Shown here: positions 49,109 to 63,924 of the stretch, one piece after another
Numbering within the stretch: position 1 is the first letter of the stretch
Layout: the number at the start of each line of letters is the position of its first letter
Assembly (NCBI GenBank): GCA_963693365.1
Contig: CAVNZM010000009.1
Span: 10,296,243-10,360,242, forward strand
Source: Amoebidium appalachense
Taxonomy: Eukaryota; Protista; Ichthyosporea
Length of the DNA stretch: 64,000 bases
Direction of reading: 5' to 3'
Position numbers and translations under genes: made by a program
The notes under the pieces: model-generated
What the model saw: the letters and a program-made list of their open reading frames with translations, nothing else
Told to the model about the DNA's origin: nothing
Database searches by the model: none

Positions 49109-49488
49109 ATGGGGGGAGGGGGGGCTGGATGCGCTGTAACGTACAAATGGAGGGAAGGAAGGACCAGCAGGGAGAGCTGTTTGGTGTCTTTTGAGTCTCC
49201 GCTTAACCAGCCTCCCCCCCCCCCCCCCCGCCACCGCCATAAAAAACACCCCTTTCTCCCCCCCCCCCCCCCCCCCCTTCCTATTATGTACACATAAACA
49301 ACGGACAACACGGTGCAAAGAGCAAACCGCACATACAAATAGTATGCATAATAAGCGGAGCCCATTATCAAGGAGAGGGTTTAAATTGAGTTGACAGAAA
49401 GGCGAGTGAGGGGTGGAACGGAAGGGAAGGGCTGAGGGGGAAGGGGGGGGGGGGGGGGGGGGGATGAAGAAATTACTTTGCGAAGGAG

Positions 49489-49819
49489 TTAGGGGCGCAT
49501 GAGAAGCATGGAGAAGGGGAAACGACCAGGCACCGCCAGCTGGTCGGGTGGGGGAAAGAACGACATGGGAGGAGGGAGAAGGGGTGGGGTGGGGAAGGTG
49601 GGAAAGGAAGAAAGAGGGACAGCATCAAAGAGAGAGGGAGAAGGGGGCGACGAGGGCAAAGAGCGAGGGAGCGCGGGGGGGGGGGGGGGGGGGGGGGGGG
49701 AGAGAGCGAGAGGGAGGGCGGGGAAGGGGGGGGAATAGAGAGAGAGAGTGGGTGTGTGTGAGTGAGAGGAAGAGAGAAGGTGAGAGTGGTGGTGTGGTGG
49801 TGGCAGCGACGGTGTGTTG

Positions 49820-49869
<50 letters not shown>

Positions 49870-50440
49870 GGGGGGAAGGGGGGTTACCTGGACTGGCCTG
49901 TATCTGCACGCTGAATCGTGCTGAGGACTCGGGGCCCAGAACTCGGGGAAACCAAGCAAACTGATTGGTCGCATATGAGGTTGTAAAGTCAAGTGGTTGG
50001 GTGGTGGCGGTGGTGGTGTACTGTAGGTGGTGTAGGCGTGTGTGTGTGGGGGGAGGGGAGAGGGGGTGGGGGGAGGGGGGAGGGGGGAGGGGGGATAATT
50101 TGCAGGAAAGACAAAAGCCAGTGCCAAACACGAAGGTAGGCACTGGCTACGGTCAGAGTGTGCTGGGTGAGAGTTGAGCACAACAACTATTGTGAATGAT
50201 TCATATAAAGAAATTGCATAGTCAATTGCTTGTGAGCGCACACCATCACCCTGGTTCATCAACATGACAGCTTGAAATCATCGTGCTTGATTGCTTATGG
50301 ACAGCACCACCAAGCTATGCGAATGGATGGAATATCGATTATACTGTTGTCGCTAAGACAAGGCACTTACCTCTTCGGGTAGACCAATTTCGACTTGGAA
50401 AAGAGAGGACGTGTCCGACGTAGTAGCCAAGCCGCATGAA
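49489..50440 (-). other. Possible exon fragments of an unidentified minus-strand transcript
   Basis: Non-repetitive blocks ending in strong donors (GAAGAG|GTAAGT near 50371; GTCCAG|GTAACC near 49888) and a CAG acceptor near 49540. No recognisable protein and no clear start. Confidence 0.25.
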
Positions 50441-51613
50441 CCCAACCACAGCAACAGTCAAATAAAAATGCAGGGACGTTACTAGTAGTGAACCCTAAAC
50501 ACTGCGGCAACAAGTACCTTTAACTTTTCATTTCGACGACACTGTGCTGCGGTTGGATTTCAAGCACGGACAGGGTAAACTTTCCGTCCGCTTGGTTTTC
50601 AGCCGTGCCAAGAAGGAAAGGCCCACGCACAGTTAAGTGCTCTGCGCTTCCCTCGCGGTGGGAAGGCCCACGCACAGTTAAGTGCTTTGAGTCCCTCCCA
50701 CCGCCCCATCACGGAAAAAGGCCAACGCACGTTCAGTGCTGTGTGCCTTCCTCACGTAAACGGAGGACTGCAGAGGCCACTTGGTGGCTTTTGTAGGGGC
50801 GGCTGGTTGCAACCGACCCGATCAAAACGAACAAAATTTTTCATAGTCCGATCGCCACTCCGACACGATCACAAAGCTTAAGATGTAAACTTTGATGGGA
50901 GAAAAAAAAAAAAAAAAAAAAAAAAAAGGCAGGGGCCGGACCGCCGCGGCTATATATGGTTGGGTTGAGGTTTCCCACGGGCAGATACAGCACGCAGACA
51001 TTCAGGTGTAAAGAGGAGCTCGATGCCGAAATGGTGACTGCAATTGCGCAACCACCAAATCGTAGATGGCAGGATGTTCGAATTCAACGACGTTATTGTC
51101 AATTGCAATGAGCATGATGCAATCAACGACGTTATTGTCAATTGCAATGAGCAAGATGCAATGCTATGCTGGATGCATGTTGCCAAAAATGGCAGATTGC
51201 AATTGTCACGATCACCACCAAAGAAAACATCGCAGAATAAATGGAGGTACACTATTCCAACTGTCTTTCACTGTCTTATGGCAACACTCGCACATTGCTG
51301 GGCATGATCGATGTGTGCTCAACGACACACAAGTGGAGATTTCGACGTCGCGATGATGTCGACATTCCTCTAGCTAGGATCCCTTATACATAGCCAGAAA
51401 AGATGCATATGGACATCAGCTACCATAATATAGTATGGTGCCGGAAATCAATGACTCATTATCTCTTTTTCTCTTTCTCGAGCTAGATAGGAAGAACTAC
51501 CCCTCCCCTTCTCCCAAGCACACACACATCTCCTTGCTCCCATGTGAGATTGAATTCTACGAACCAAGGGGGTCACGGCACATGTGACATGTGCCATCTC
51601 TGCTTTCGCCCAG

Positions 51614-51661
<48 letters not shown>

Positions 51662-51970
51662 CCCACCACAACCATCCCGCCTCCAAATGCCATACCATCC
51701 TGGCCAGCATGGGCACACGTTTAGAAAAATACACCAAAAGTCTTACTCAAATAAGTGTTTATTCGCAGCAGCGTAGATGCACGTGTACATTATTATCTCG
51801 TGTACATATGTTTTTGGTCTCCACGTCCTTTAGGCGGTTAGGGAAACATAGTGGCTTGAAAATACACGCAAGGTTTCTGGCAGATATATATATCCGAGCA
51901 TTGTCTGTTAAGTAGTGTTGAAGTCTGACTGTGTGTGTGTGTGTGTGCTCGGGTATGCTTGTTGTGTGCG

Positions 51971-52069
<99 letters not shown>

Positions 52070-52282
52070 CACTGTGTGTGTGTGCGCGCGTGCGCATGTG
52101 TGCACGCCAGCGTGTGTGTACTACTCAGGCAAATGTCTGCACGTGTTTTTGTCAGCGAGTGTGCGGGCATTGTACGTCCTCGACTTCTCCATCGTCCCTT
52201 CCCTCACATACACGTGCACACCTGTGCGCCTATGCACACGCCCATTCACACATGCAAACGACCTCACTAATTTACCCCAAGC

Positions 52283-52313
<31 letters not shown>

Positions 52314-52357
52314 AAAAAACCCCCCCATTAAATATAATCAACCGCAATCACCACACA

Positions 52358-52635
52358 CTACCTGCCCACGGCATCTGCCCACAACTGTTTCAGTGTTCTG
52401 TCGACCACATCGCCCATACCACTCTGTCCATAGTGCTCCACTATCCTCTCATGCGCCCAGCGCCCAAGATCATCATTATCTCCTTGGTTGGGCCCGGTGA
52501 AACTGACGCATGACTGCGGACCAATACGTGGTAAGTACGTGGAAGCATGTGACTGTAAACCCTCCCCCCTCCCCCCCATCCCCCACCCCCACAAAGACAT
52601 ATGCACACACACACACACACACACACACGCGCACA

Positions 52636-52726
<91 letters not shown>

Positions 52727-54233
52727 ACACACACACACACACACAAACACGCTGGCCGGCCATTCACCCACCCCTTCTCCAACCCTCACAACCACAGAAC
52801 CGACTACCACCACACACTGACAAAAGCCACCACCACCACAGACAATTACACGGGCACTGGCACACAGACACCTGCACATAAACACATGCGCGAGGAAAAA
52901 CACACACTGTGGTAGTGTGCGCGTGTATGAGTGCACCATCCACATATGAGTCAACTTGCAATCTGTGTGTGTGTGGTTTGTGTGTGTGTGCACATGCATT
53001 CTGTTTACGTGCGGTTTGTGTTTGTGTGCACATGCATTCTGTGTGCGTGCAGTTTGTTATGTGTGCACATGCCTTCTGGCTGAATGCGTTTTGTGCACAC
53101 ATATTTTGAGTATGTGTGGACGTGTATTCTGTGTTTGCGTTTTGTGTATGTGTGCACATGCATTCCGTGTGTGCGTGCATTTTGTGTGTGTGTGCACATG
53201 CATTCTGTGTGCGTGCAGTTTGTTTATGTGTGCATGTGCAAGTGAAGGTGAAGTACATATGTGCATGCACATTGCACATGGGTTCAAGTGCGCTATATGT
53301 GTGTGCACGTGGTATGCAACAGCACCCACCATGAATACACCGTACAGGGCCTTCAGGTTTTTCTTGTTGAGCTCTGCGGCCTTGCCGTAATACTTGCGTG
53401 CCATGTCGAATCTTTTCTGCGCATACATGATCTGCAGAGGAGGAGAGGGGGGGAATGGGTTGAAGAACATGAACATCCCAGGCTTGAATCCACCAGAAAA
53501 CTCATGCCCACCTCGAATACACGCACACAACATACACCCACACACTAACACATGGATGAACCTATGCCCGTGTACACGCAACACACAGCCGATATAACCT
53601 CGGGGACGGGGCGCCCCGGGGGGGGGGGGGGGGGGGGGGGGGGGGTAGAAAGCAGCACAACTAATACTGTTTGTGTATAGACCCACACCAGATTACATAA
53701 TGGGAAGAAAAGTATTTGCGATTAGTGTTTTGCATAACTTGAAGAAAAGTCATCTCATTATCCAAGTTTCGTCCCATTCACCTCGGCGGCTTGCCTAATG
53801 GAACTAATGAGGAAATGATGATGGTGGTGGTGGTGGGTGGCTGGGTGGGGGGTTTAGAATGTGTTACAGAGAGTGTATCCACATTCCTCGCGGACAACAC
53901 AATGCAGGTTGCAGACCGCACAAAGAGTATGCGCCAGTAGCAGAACCCATCCTTGGAGAAGTGGGGGAGGGGGGGGGGGGGGGGGGGGGGGGGGGCAATA
54001 TCCAGGTTGGAGAGTGCCGGGGGGGGGGGGGGGGGGGGGGAGGGGGGGAAGGGGGGATTGTAGGAGAGAAAGCGAGCAATTCAAGCCATCAAAGGAATGC
54101 GACTGTGTGCGCAACGTGGGAAGCAAATGGAGTCAATATATAGTCTTGCTCACCTCGCCATAGAGCACAAAGTAAGCATCGGTAGTGGGGTTGGCAAGAA
54201 TTAGCTCCTCCACACAGAAGCCAGCAGGCCCGT

Positions 54234-54284
<51 letters not shown>

Positions 54285-56694
54285 CGCGCGCGTGAGAGTG
54301 CGTGAGTGAGTGCATAAGGGAATGAGTGAAGCGTGTGAGTGAGTGAGTGAGTGAGTGAGTGAGTGAGCGAGTGAGTGAGTGAGTGAGTGAGTGAGTGAGT
54401 GAGTGAGTGAGTGAGTGAGCGAGCGAGCGAGTGAGTGAGTGAGTGAGTGAGTGAGTGAGTGAACGTGTGAGTGAACGTGTGAGTGATCGAGTAAGTGAGT
54501 ATTCTGGTTTCATATAAGCATTGTTAGCAAACAAAAAAACATCTTTATCCCCCCTCCCCCCTCCTCACATGTTTTAATCAAGGGACATCGAACCACACCC
54601 ATAAGCAAAGAGAAAAACTGAAGTGCTCAGAACGTGAAAGGGGGTAAAGGCGATAGTTCGACCACGAGGGAGTAAATGGGGAAGGGAAGAGCTTAACAAG
54701 TGGAACACATATGATAGGGTGGAGTGAGGAGAAGGTGGGATGTTTTTTTTGTTTTTTTTGTTTTTTTTTGGTTGTTAAGGGAGGGGGAGGGGGGGTGGAA
54801 GGGGGGAAGGGAGGGAGGGAGGGAGGGAGGGAGGGAGGGAGAGAGAGAGAGAAAGCGGGAGAGGGGGGGGGGAGGGGGGGTGGAGAGACAGCCTAAGAAA
54901 GTGAAAGAGAGAAAATGGGGGGGGGGGGGGGGGGGGAAGAGAAGCAAAAGAAATGAGATTTGGAAGAGGAAACGTGACGAATAATGCCGTGCATGTGCAC
55001 ACACCTGCCATCACGCAGATAGAGCATAGCTAGCTCGGCCCAGGCCTCACTGTCCGTCATGTACACCTCAAGGTACTTGACTATGTCTGCACGTGTGCGT
55101 GTATGTGTGCGTGTGTGTACGTGTACATACGTGCGTGCATGTGTGTGTGTGTGTGTGTGTGTGTTTACGTGTGTATGTGTGTGTGTGTGGGTATGTGTGC
55201 GATAGATGGACGCATGGAAGTGGGGGAGGGGAGGTGTTTTCTTTTTTTTTTTTTTTTTTTTTTGTTTGGGGGGGGGGGGGGGGGGGGGGGAGAATATAAT
55301 GTGTTAGAGAGTGGGAATCACAGATTCACGACACACAACTAAGGCAGCCCACTAGCTTAGCACAGTGCTAAACGGAGACTATGGTTTAGACGTTGAGTGG
55401 AGCTAAAAAGCCCTTCATGAGGAAGGGGATGATGTCACAGTGATAGCTGCTAAGTCGGAGGTTGGCTCAGGATGGAAGAAAGGGAAGGAGAGGGCCTGTT
55501 AGAAGATGGGGGTAGGTGCTAACGAAAACACCAGGCGGAAAGATCGTCGTTAGGTGAAGAGGCTGAGGCAGAACCAAGATAAAAAAACACAATTAAATTT
55601 AAAAGACATAACCCAGGCCAGGGCAAGAGACACCATAACAGCTCTTTCCCTTCAATCAAGTAAAGGGGGGGGGGGGGGGGGGGGGGGGGGGGGTGATGTA
55701 TGCGTTAGAGGGTTGGAAATATGGAGGAGACAACAAAGAGCAACAACAAAACGTCACAAATGTGGGAAATAAAATCAAAACAATTGAGCGTGCAGGCAGA
55801 AGACACTTGAACAGAGCCCATCATCAGGGGGGTTCCTATGCCTCCACAAAAGCATGGGTTTCGACTCTTTAAGGGGGAAGGATGGAGGGAGGGATGGAGG
55901 GGGAAGGGGAGAGCGGGGGGGGGGGGATGCATACTTTCTATTGCAGCATCATAAGAGCCCCTTGCCTTCAGGGTTGCAATCATGCGCTTACGTATGGCCT
56001 GAAGGGGAGTGGGTCAGGCGGTCACACCATATCCATACATGTACATTTTATATGTGTTAATACTTCGAATGAAAACTAAATAACAGCACAGAACATACCA
56101 TGCACACAGTCCCTTGTGTACAAGGGTGTGAGATGCCAGACATCCTTTTATCACACAAAACACTCGACACCCGATACCCCCTCCCCCTCCCCCCCCCCCC
56201 CGCGCCGCCTGTGTGTGTTCGTGTGTCCGTTTCCGGCCCTTCCCTCTTTTGTTTCTTGACATAAAGGGCAAATTAAGTCACAACCTGAGAGCGCACAGCC
56301 CCGCCCCCCCCCCCCCTCCCCCCGCCCCCTCCCCCCGGAACCTTTCTACCCCAGGCCGACACGTGAGTCAAAGGGAGGAGGAGGGAGGGCAAAAAAAAAA
56401 CAAAAAAAAACCGTTTCCCCACACTAAAGGCATTTACCACCAATACAGACTATCATCACCCCCCTCCCCCGAAAAAAATGCCCCCTCCTCCCCCCCCCCC
56501 CCCCCCAACTCCCCTCCCCTCCCCCCGAATTGTCACGTGACACCTCTGCTACCTGATTGGTCGGATCCAACTCCAGCAGATCCTCATAGACCTGCACGGC
56601 ACTCTCCATGTCCCCCTCTGCTTCAAACATTAACCCCCCCAGACGTCTGGCACGTACACTCTTGGGAAACTTGCTGGTGAGTTTCTCCACGCAG

Positions 56695-56763
<69 letters not shown>

Positions 56764-56943
56764 CGCGTGTGTGTGGGTGTTGGGGGTGAGTAGGGGGGGA
56801 GGGGGGAGGGGGACGGGGGCGCTGGAATAGGCAGGGGGTGAGTGCATGCAGAAGTGTGAATGGGTGTGAGGTGTAGAAGTACCGAGTGTGAGTGTGTGTG
56901 AATGTGATTGTGTGAGTGTTACAGTAAGTGTGTGAGTGTCTGT

Positions 56944-56992
<49 letters not shown>

Positions 56993-57032
56993 GTACGCGC
57001 GTGCGTGCGCCCATGTGTGTACCTGTCCGTGT

Positions 57033-57094
<62 letters not shown>

Positions 57095-57457
57095 AAGCGC
57101 TACGTGTTTGGGATAACACGTTGGTAAGAACATAACACACAGTAGGTAACATACATATACAAACCCACTATCACACCACCACTACTCCATTTCCATTACT
57201 ACATCCCGCAAACCATCATCCTCCATGTACACACTCCGTCCGTTTTCCTTCCTACATACCACTTTTTAAATAACACCCTCCTACCATCTAATTATGTCGT
57301 TAAAAATTTTTTTTTTTTGTCCCTCAAAGATTCACACTCAGAAATGCAAGCGTACACACACAAGAAATCGGTCCGTGCAAGAATACAAACATGCCCAGGC
57401 AGTTACACATGTGTGCATATGCGGTGGTGTGTTGGGGTCGAGGAAGGGTTTTCCTCG

Positions 57458-57553
<96 letters not shown>

Positions 57554-57736
57554 TCATTAGTGTGCGTGTAGGTGTGTGGTTAAAAAGGCGAGAGATGGGG
57601 ATAAGGAGGGGGGAGGGTAGGCCCGGAAGGAGGGGGAGGGGGGTGTTGGACGCAGTACACAAGCAGGAGCCGCTACTGACATGGTCCAACTCCTAGCAAA
57701 AGCAAAAACCATGCGTGTGCAGGTGAAAAGGTGCCA

Positions 57737-57820
<84 letters not shown>

Positions 57821-58528
57821 GGGGGGGGGGGGGGGGGGGGGGGGAGCTGGTATGCACCTGTGCCAAGTCTGGCCTGCAGCAGTCCAACGCAGCTATAGCC
57901 ATGTACTCATACATATCCCATACTGGGGGGAGGGGGAGGGGGGTTGAGCCGTGTGAGGGGGCGGGAGGGGGATGGTGAGAGGTGAAGAAGAAGAGGAGGG
58001 GGAGAGGGGGGAAGAGAGGGGGAAGGAGGAGACAGGTGGGTAGGGAGATGGTGGTGAGACGGGGAGGGGGGAGGGGAGGGGGGAAGGTGGTCAGTTTGAT
58101 GTAGCAGTCAGATGAGGTTTAACGTGCAGATGTCGGGATAGCAAGGCCAGTGGATTGCATAGGAACTCGACCGAGTGAAACTAAAGATTCTATTAGTATG
58201 TCCTAAAGAAATTCAAGTTAGCACCCTTTTGATTAAGGAAGAATTAACTACACGAAATTCTTACATAGTAGGTATGTGCCTTATGCAGCTATTATTCCCT
58301 CGCCTCTCAACGCGGAGACATAATGGAGTGAATTTGTTAGATGGCACTGACTGGCCCTTGCAGAAAGGTTAAAAAACCCTAAGGAAAAGGGAACTCCCTA
58401 GAAACAGACATGAAGCGTTCACAACTCAACAGGCAAGATGGGCAAATAAACATGGATCCTGGTACGCAGGAAGTGGTAGAGCACCTACCAAGTAATCATG
58501 TGCTAGTTCCTGTCCAAAGTCAAAACAA

Positions 58529-58568
<40 letters not shown>

Positions 58569-59058
58569 GCACAACGACCACAAGGAAGAACGCCGTGCGA
58601 TGCAACATGCCCCCCCTCCCCCCCCCCCCCCCCCCCCCCCCCCCCCTTCTCCTCCCCTCCAAAAACACGCACCACCACCACTACCACACACACCTCCCCT
58701 TCCCCCCCCCCCCCCCCCCCCAAACACACACACACACACAATGCACCACCACACCTCTCTCCCTCCCCTCTCTACTCCCTCCCCACGCCCAAGCCCGCAC
58801 CCAACCCTCCCTTTACCTCCGCATGCACTCAGAAAACTACCCGTCCTCCATTCCCCTTTCAAATCCCACACTCCATTCCCCAACCATAATATGACAAAAA
58901 TAACGACGCTCCTGCTCTCTTTTGGAATCTCAAGGGTATCCCTCCCCCCCCCTTCTCCCCCCCCCCCCCACCTTCTCCCCCCTCCCCCTCCCCCTCCCCC
59001 CTTCTCCCCCTCCCCCCTCCCCCTTCTTCCCTCCCCCTCCCCCCCCCCCCCCAACCCA

Positions 59059-59115
<57 letters not shown>

Positions 59116-59118
59116 GAC

Positions 59119-59179
<61 letters not shown>

Positions 59180-59317
59180 CACACACAAATACTCACCTTG
59201 GTCACCAAACACACCCGGCTTCGTTTTCAGCAGTGTCTCGCCCAACCCCACCGCCTCCTCCCCCCTCCGCTCATCTGCCTTGCACCATTTCAACAGCTGT
59301 GTCTTTGCGTCTGCCAT
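52358..59317 (-). CDS. EMC2: ER membrane protein complex subunit 2 (TPR protein, TTC35), 8 exons, 271 aa
   Basis: Exons 59317-59197, 57922-57858, 56696-56553, 55998-55935, 55086-55005, 54235-54154, 53431-53330, 52513-52358. Motifs: [107 protein letters not shown]. Confidence 0.95.
54336..54471. repeat. (GAGT)n imperfect tetranucleotide tract in an EMC2 intron
   Basis: gagtgagtgagt... with occasional gagc units. Confidence 0.9.
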
Positions 59318-59908
59318 GTTTGGAATAACTGCCCGTGGCAAAGAGTTTTGCTATGCAAAAGGGGAACACAAGCTATTGTATGCTAAAATATATGTGTAGA
59401 AAGGGCTCTTTAGCTATATAGTGCTATAAAAAGGTAAAAGGCTGGGCCGTAGGTGTCAGACATAGCAAACAGAGGCCCATGTATTACCGTAAGTACACGG
59501 CGCTGATTGGCCTAAACGGCATCATTACTACACTTGGTGACATACTGCGGAATAACTGATAACATGCAAATTTGTTTGAATCCCCCTTTCAGAATTGCTA
59601 GTCGTTGCCTTAACCCCATAATGTGTAACTTACACTTGTTCCGGTGTTTCTCCATTGCTTTTCCGTAAACGATTCACAAGAGCACCGCACGGGCAGGTTG
59701 TCCGTGCCAGCCCCTCCAGCCTGCCCTTCCCATCTAGAAAACACCAGTGAAAAAAGCTTTAGTCACTTCACATCGTTAATGCACATTGTATAGCTATACA
59801 CGTAGTTGAGCAGGGTTTATAGTTATGTCTTCACCTCTACCCCCCGTATAGAGGGGCCCACAGTTCATTACCCCCCCCGGCTGCCAGCCAGCCATCTAGC
59901 AACATGCA
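59318..59908. promoter_or_regulatory. Probable bidirectional promoter between EMC2 and the PPR gene
   Basis: About 590 bp, free of microsatellites, between divergent ATGs at 59317 (-) and 59909 (+); contains ATTGG (reverse CCAAT) near 59506. Confidence 0.55.
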
Positions 59909-60662
59909 ATGTGGGGTTGGGTTCGACTTTTCGCAAGAGCCCCCAGGCGGCTCCTTTTGTCTTCCCCTCCCCTTCTTTTCTCTCTGGGGCAGGTAGCGAG
60001 GGGTCCCGGCGGCGTGTGTGCGCGCTCACATCCCACCCCGAGTAGGAGATGGGTGGGGGTGGCCGCTGGGGCACCAGTCAGCGGACAAATCACTCAACAT
60101 GCATTAGGTGGAGAGAATAGGGAGGGAGGCTTGGTGAAGGCAATTAGTAATAGTGGAAGTGATGATGTTAGTAGTAGAGATGTAGTGGATATTGAGAGCA
60201 TGCCAGGGAGGGACTTTTTAGGGAACTACACGGTGGTTAGGAAGTTAAGGCGGGCATATACAGCTATGTTTGCAAATTTTGACTACAGACCAAAGTCTCT
60301 GCAATTGGCGCTGTATAACTGTGGACCGTCGGCACCCTTAAACGCTACACCTGAGGTGGGTTAAGGGCAAGGCTTATCATGATGGCACTGGTTTAAACAG
60401 TGCATGTTTGTTTCTTTTGGTATTTTTCCCACTTCAAGTTGCTGTGTTAAACTAGGTGGTGATGCATTGTGACAATGTGTCAGGAAACACACCTGAACTT
60501 GCATCTTTAACGTGGTGCAGTGGGGTACAGGGTCTCTGGTACAGGGTATCTCCCTCTCTCTCTCTCTCTTTCTCCCCCCCCCCCCCCCCCCCCCCCCCCC
60601 GCCCTCCCTCTCTCTCTCCCTCGCTTCTCTCCTTCTCTCTCTCTCTCTCTCTCCCTCCCTCC

Positions 60663-60703
<41 letters not shown>

Positions 60704-61356
60704 CCACTCACTCACTCATTCCCCCCTCGATTGCTTACACTCACTCTCGATCTCTCTCTCGCCTCCCCCCCCCTGGCCCCGTTTCTCTTTGTCAGATCGC
60801 TCGCTCGCTCCCTCTCTCTCCCTCTCTCTCTCTCCCTCCCTCCCTCCCTCCCTCCCTCCCTCTCTCTCTCTCTCTCTCTCTCCCTCTCCATCCCTCCCTC
60901 CCTCCCTCCCTCCCTCTCTCCCTCCCCCCTCCCCCTCCCCCTCCCTCCCTCCGTCCCTCCCTCCGTCCCTCCCTCCCTCTCTCCCTCCCTCCCTCCCTCC
61001 CTCCCTCCCTCCCCCCATCCCTGCCTCCCTGCCTCTCTCCCTCCCTCCCTCCCTCCCCCCACCCTCGCTCTATCCTCCCCCCCCCCCCCCCCCCCGGGCC
61101 TTCCTTCCCCCACCTCCCCCCCGCCCCCCCCTCATTTTCCAGCGTGTTTGTGCTTGTAAACCCTCTTGCCCCCCCCCCCCCCCCCCCCCCCCTCCCCTCC
61201 GCGCTCTCAATCATATACCCATTGTTATCTCATTCTAAGGCGTGTCTTGATTATTTCTTTCCAACCTTCCATGACCTCTCGGTTTACCTCCCTGTCCCCA
61301 CCACACACACATTCGTACGCAAAAAAATACATCGTTCCCTCCCTCTCTCTTTCTCG

Positions 61357-61388
<32 letters not shown>

Positions 61389-61986
61389 TCTCCCCCCCCC
61401 CCCTCTCTCTCCGAAAAGAACCACGCTTACAGACATATATTGTCTTATCGCTTTCCTGCCTATCTTTCTCCCTTTCCCTTCCCTCCCCTCTTCCTCCCCC
61501 TTCCCCCCTCCCCCCCCCCCCCCCCAACCACTACCACACCACCACCACCACTAACCCGTTGCACACACCAACACACTACACACACACAACCTATGTTACC
61601 GATATACCAAGTCCAACATTCTCTACTTCCTAACACCATGACTTGCCTCCAATCACAGTAAGGTTTCTGTTGTACGCTCTGCCAAAATAATTCAGGGTCG
61701 GTTACAGTTTCAACATTTTCACTTTGCATTACTCTGTTTGTAACCACCACAACATCCCCTCCCTAGCCTACAGCTTTTTTTTGCCCCGCTCGATCCAGTT
61801 GCTAAATATAGCTAATTGGTTTTCTCCCCATTACTGTCAATCCCCCTGTCTGTTGGAAGTCCTAGATATAGAATAGTTTGTTTATGATTGATGTTGAATT
61901 TATTACTCATTGACTGATCCTTTTGGCAATGTTAAACACATGTGCACTTCATGCGTGCGCACGCACGCACGCACGCACGCGCGCGT

Positions 61987-62024
<38 letters not shown>

Positions 62025-62067
62025 AAACACACACCAAAACACAAACACACATGCAAATACACGCGCG

Positions 62068-62133
<66 letters not shown>

Positions 62134-62506
62134 CACGGGCCACGATTGCAAGGGACATTTGGCTTGCAGCAAAGCAGCACGGGTGGAGGTTTGAAGAAGG
62201 GCATTATGGACAACTTATTCGGGTAATATTTCCGCAAAAATATCCGTTTATTTCATAAATAGACAGAAGGGTGAAAAACAAGTACACACACACGAAGTGG
62301 GAGGGTTATGAGTGATGTGGTGTTTGTGGTGTGTGCTTGCTGTGATGAGAAAAGGAGAGGGGAGGGGGGGGGGGGGGGGGAGAGAGGGGGGAGGGGGGAG
62401 GGGGGTTGGGCGGGAAGAAGGAAAGGAGAGAGATAGAGGTGAGGGATATACCATGTGTAGACATGTAAATGCATGTGTGCATGTGTGTGTTAACCAGCTA
62501 ATCGTA

Positions 62507-62551
<45 letters not shown>

Positions 62552-62858
62552 CCCGCAACACCCCCCCCCCCACCTCCTCCCACAAAAAAAAATGCAGGCA
62601 TTAGGGCAGGATGCCTCACACCTGAATGTTGTGGAGGTAGTGGAGGATATGGTCAGAGAGGGGGTGGCCCCAGGAAAGGGCACACTCAAGGTCGTGCTGG
62701 ACTGCTACACACATCACAAGGTTCGTGTGTGTGTGTGCGTGTGTGTGTGTGCATGTGTGTGCGCGTGCGTGCATGCGTGCGTGGGTGCGTGCGGGTGGGG
62801 GTGGGTGGGTGGGGGGGGGGGAGAGGGGGGGGGGGGGGGGGGCTGTATGTGTGGCCGC

Positions 62859-62899
<41 letters not shown>

Positions 62900-63406
62900 T
62901 GTGTGTGGAAGGGGACGGCTTGGGCAAGGGGGGCGGTGGTGGTGGTTGAGTATGTTGATAGCAAGGGGATGGTGTTGGGAGTTTTTTTTGTGGTTATTTT
63001 AACCGCACTTTTAGAAGAAATGTTTTGTTTGTTTTGTTTGTTTTGTTTCAACACACCGATGCTGACCAATGAATCTGCAGGATGTGGGCAAGATCATTAG
63101 TGTGAAATTGTTCAAGCCATTGTTGGTTTAGAACTAGATGCTCACCGATGAAATCTCAGGATTTGGGCAAGATCATTCGTATTCAAATGCATAAGCCATT
63201 ATTGATTTAACACACTTCCGCTGACCAATGAAACCTCAGGATTTGGGCAAGGCGCTATGGGCGGTGCAGCTATTTCGGGGCCACGGGGTGACCCCGGACA
63301 GCAAACACTATGTGCAGTTACTGAGACTGGTGGATAGGGGGCACATGTACGACAGAACAGACGACATACTCGAGGTGGGTGGGTGTGTGGGTTGGTGTGG
63401 GTGTGT

Positions 63407-63453
<47 letters not shown>

Positions 63454-63487
63454 AGGTGTTTGTGTGTGTGTGTGGGGGGGGGGGGAT

Positions 63488-63518
<31 letters not shown>

Positions 63519-63626
63519 GGGGGGGGAAGGGGGACGGGGGGGGGAGGGAGGGGGAGTGTGTGGGTGTGTGTGTGTTTGGGGAGGGAGAGGGGGGGGAGAG
63601 GGAGGGTGTGAGGTGGACGAGGAGAG

Positions 63627-63693
<67 letters not shown>

Positions 63694-63892
63694 TGTGTGT
63701 GTGTTTTGGGATGGGAGGGGGGGAAGAGACAGGGAGTTGGTCGATGGGTAGTGATGGTACGGGCCGGGAGAGGGGAGTGGGGGGGGTGGGGGGGTGCGTG
63801 TGTGTGTGTACCATGCGTGTGCCAAAGGTTTGAAGACGCCCGGGTGGCATTTGATTAGTAGATATTTATACTACACACACGGACACACACGG

Positions 63893-63924
<32 letters not shown>

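Noticed and set aside
52955-53280. Degenerate ~37-bp repeat in the last EMC2 intron as a functional array
   Set aside because: Derived from (GT)n/gtgcacatgc low-complexity sequence, and it does not overlap splice sites.
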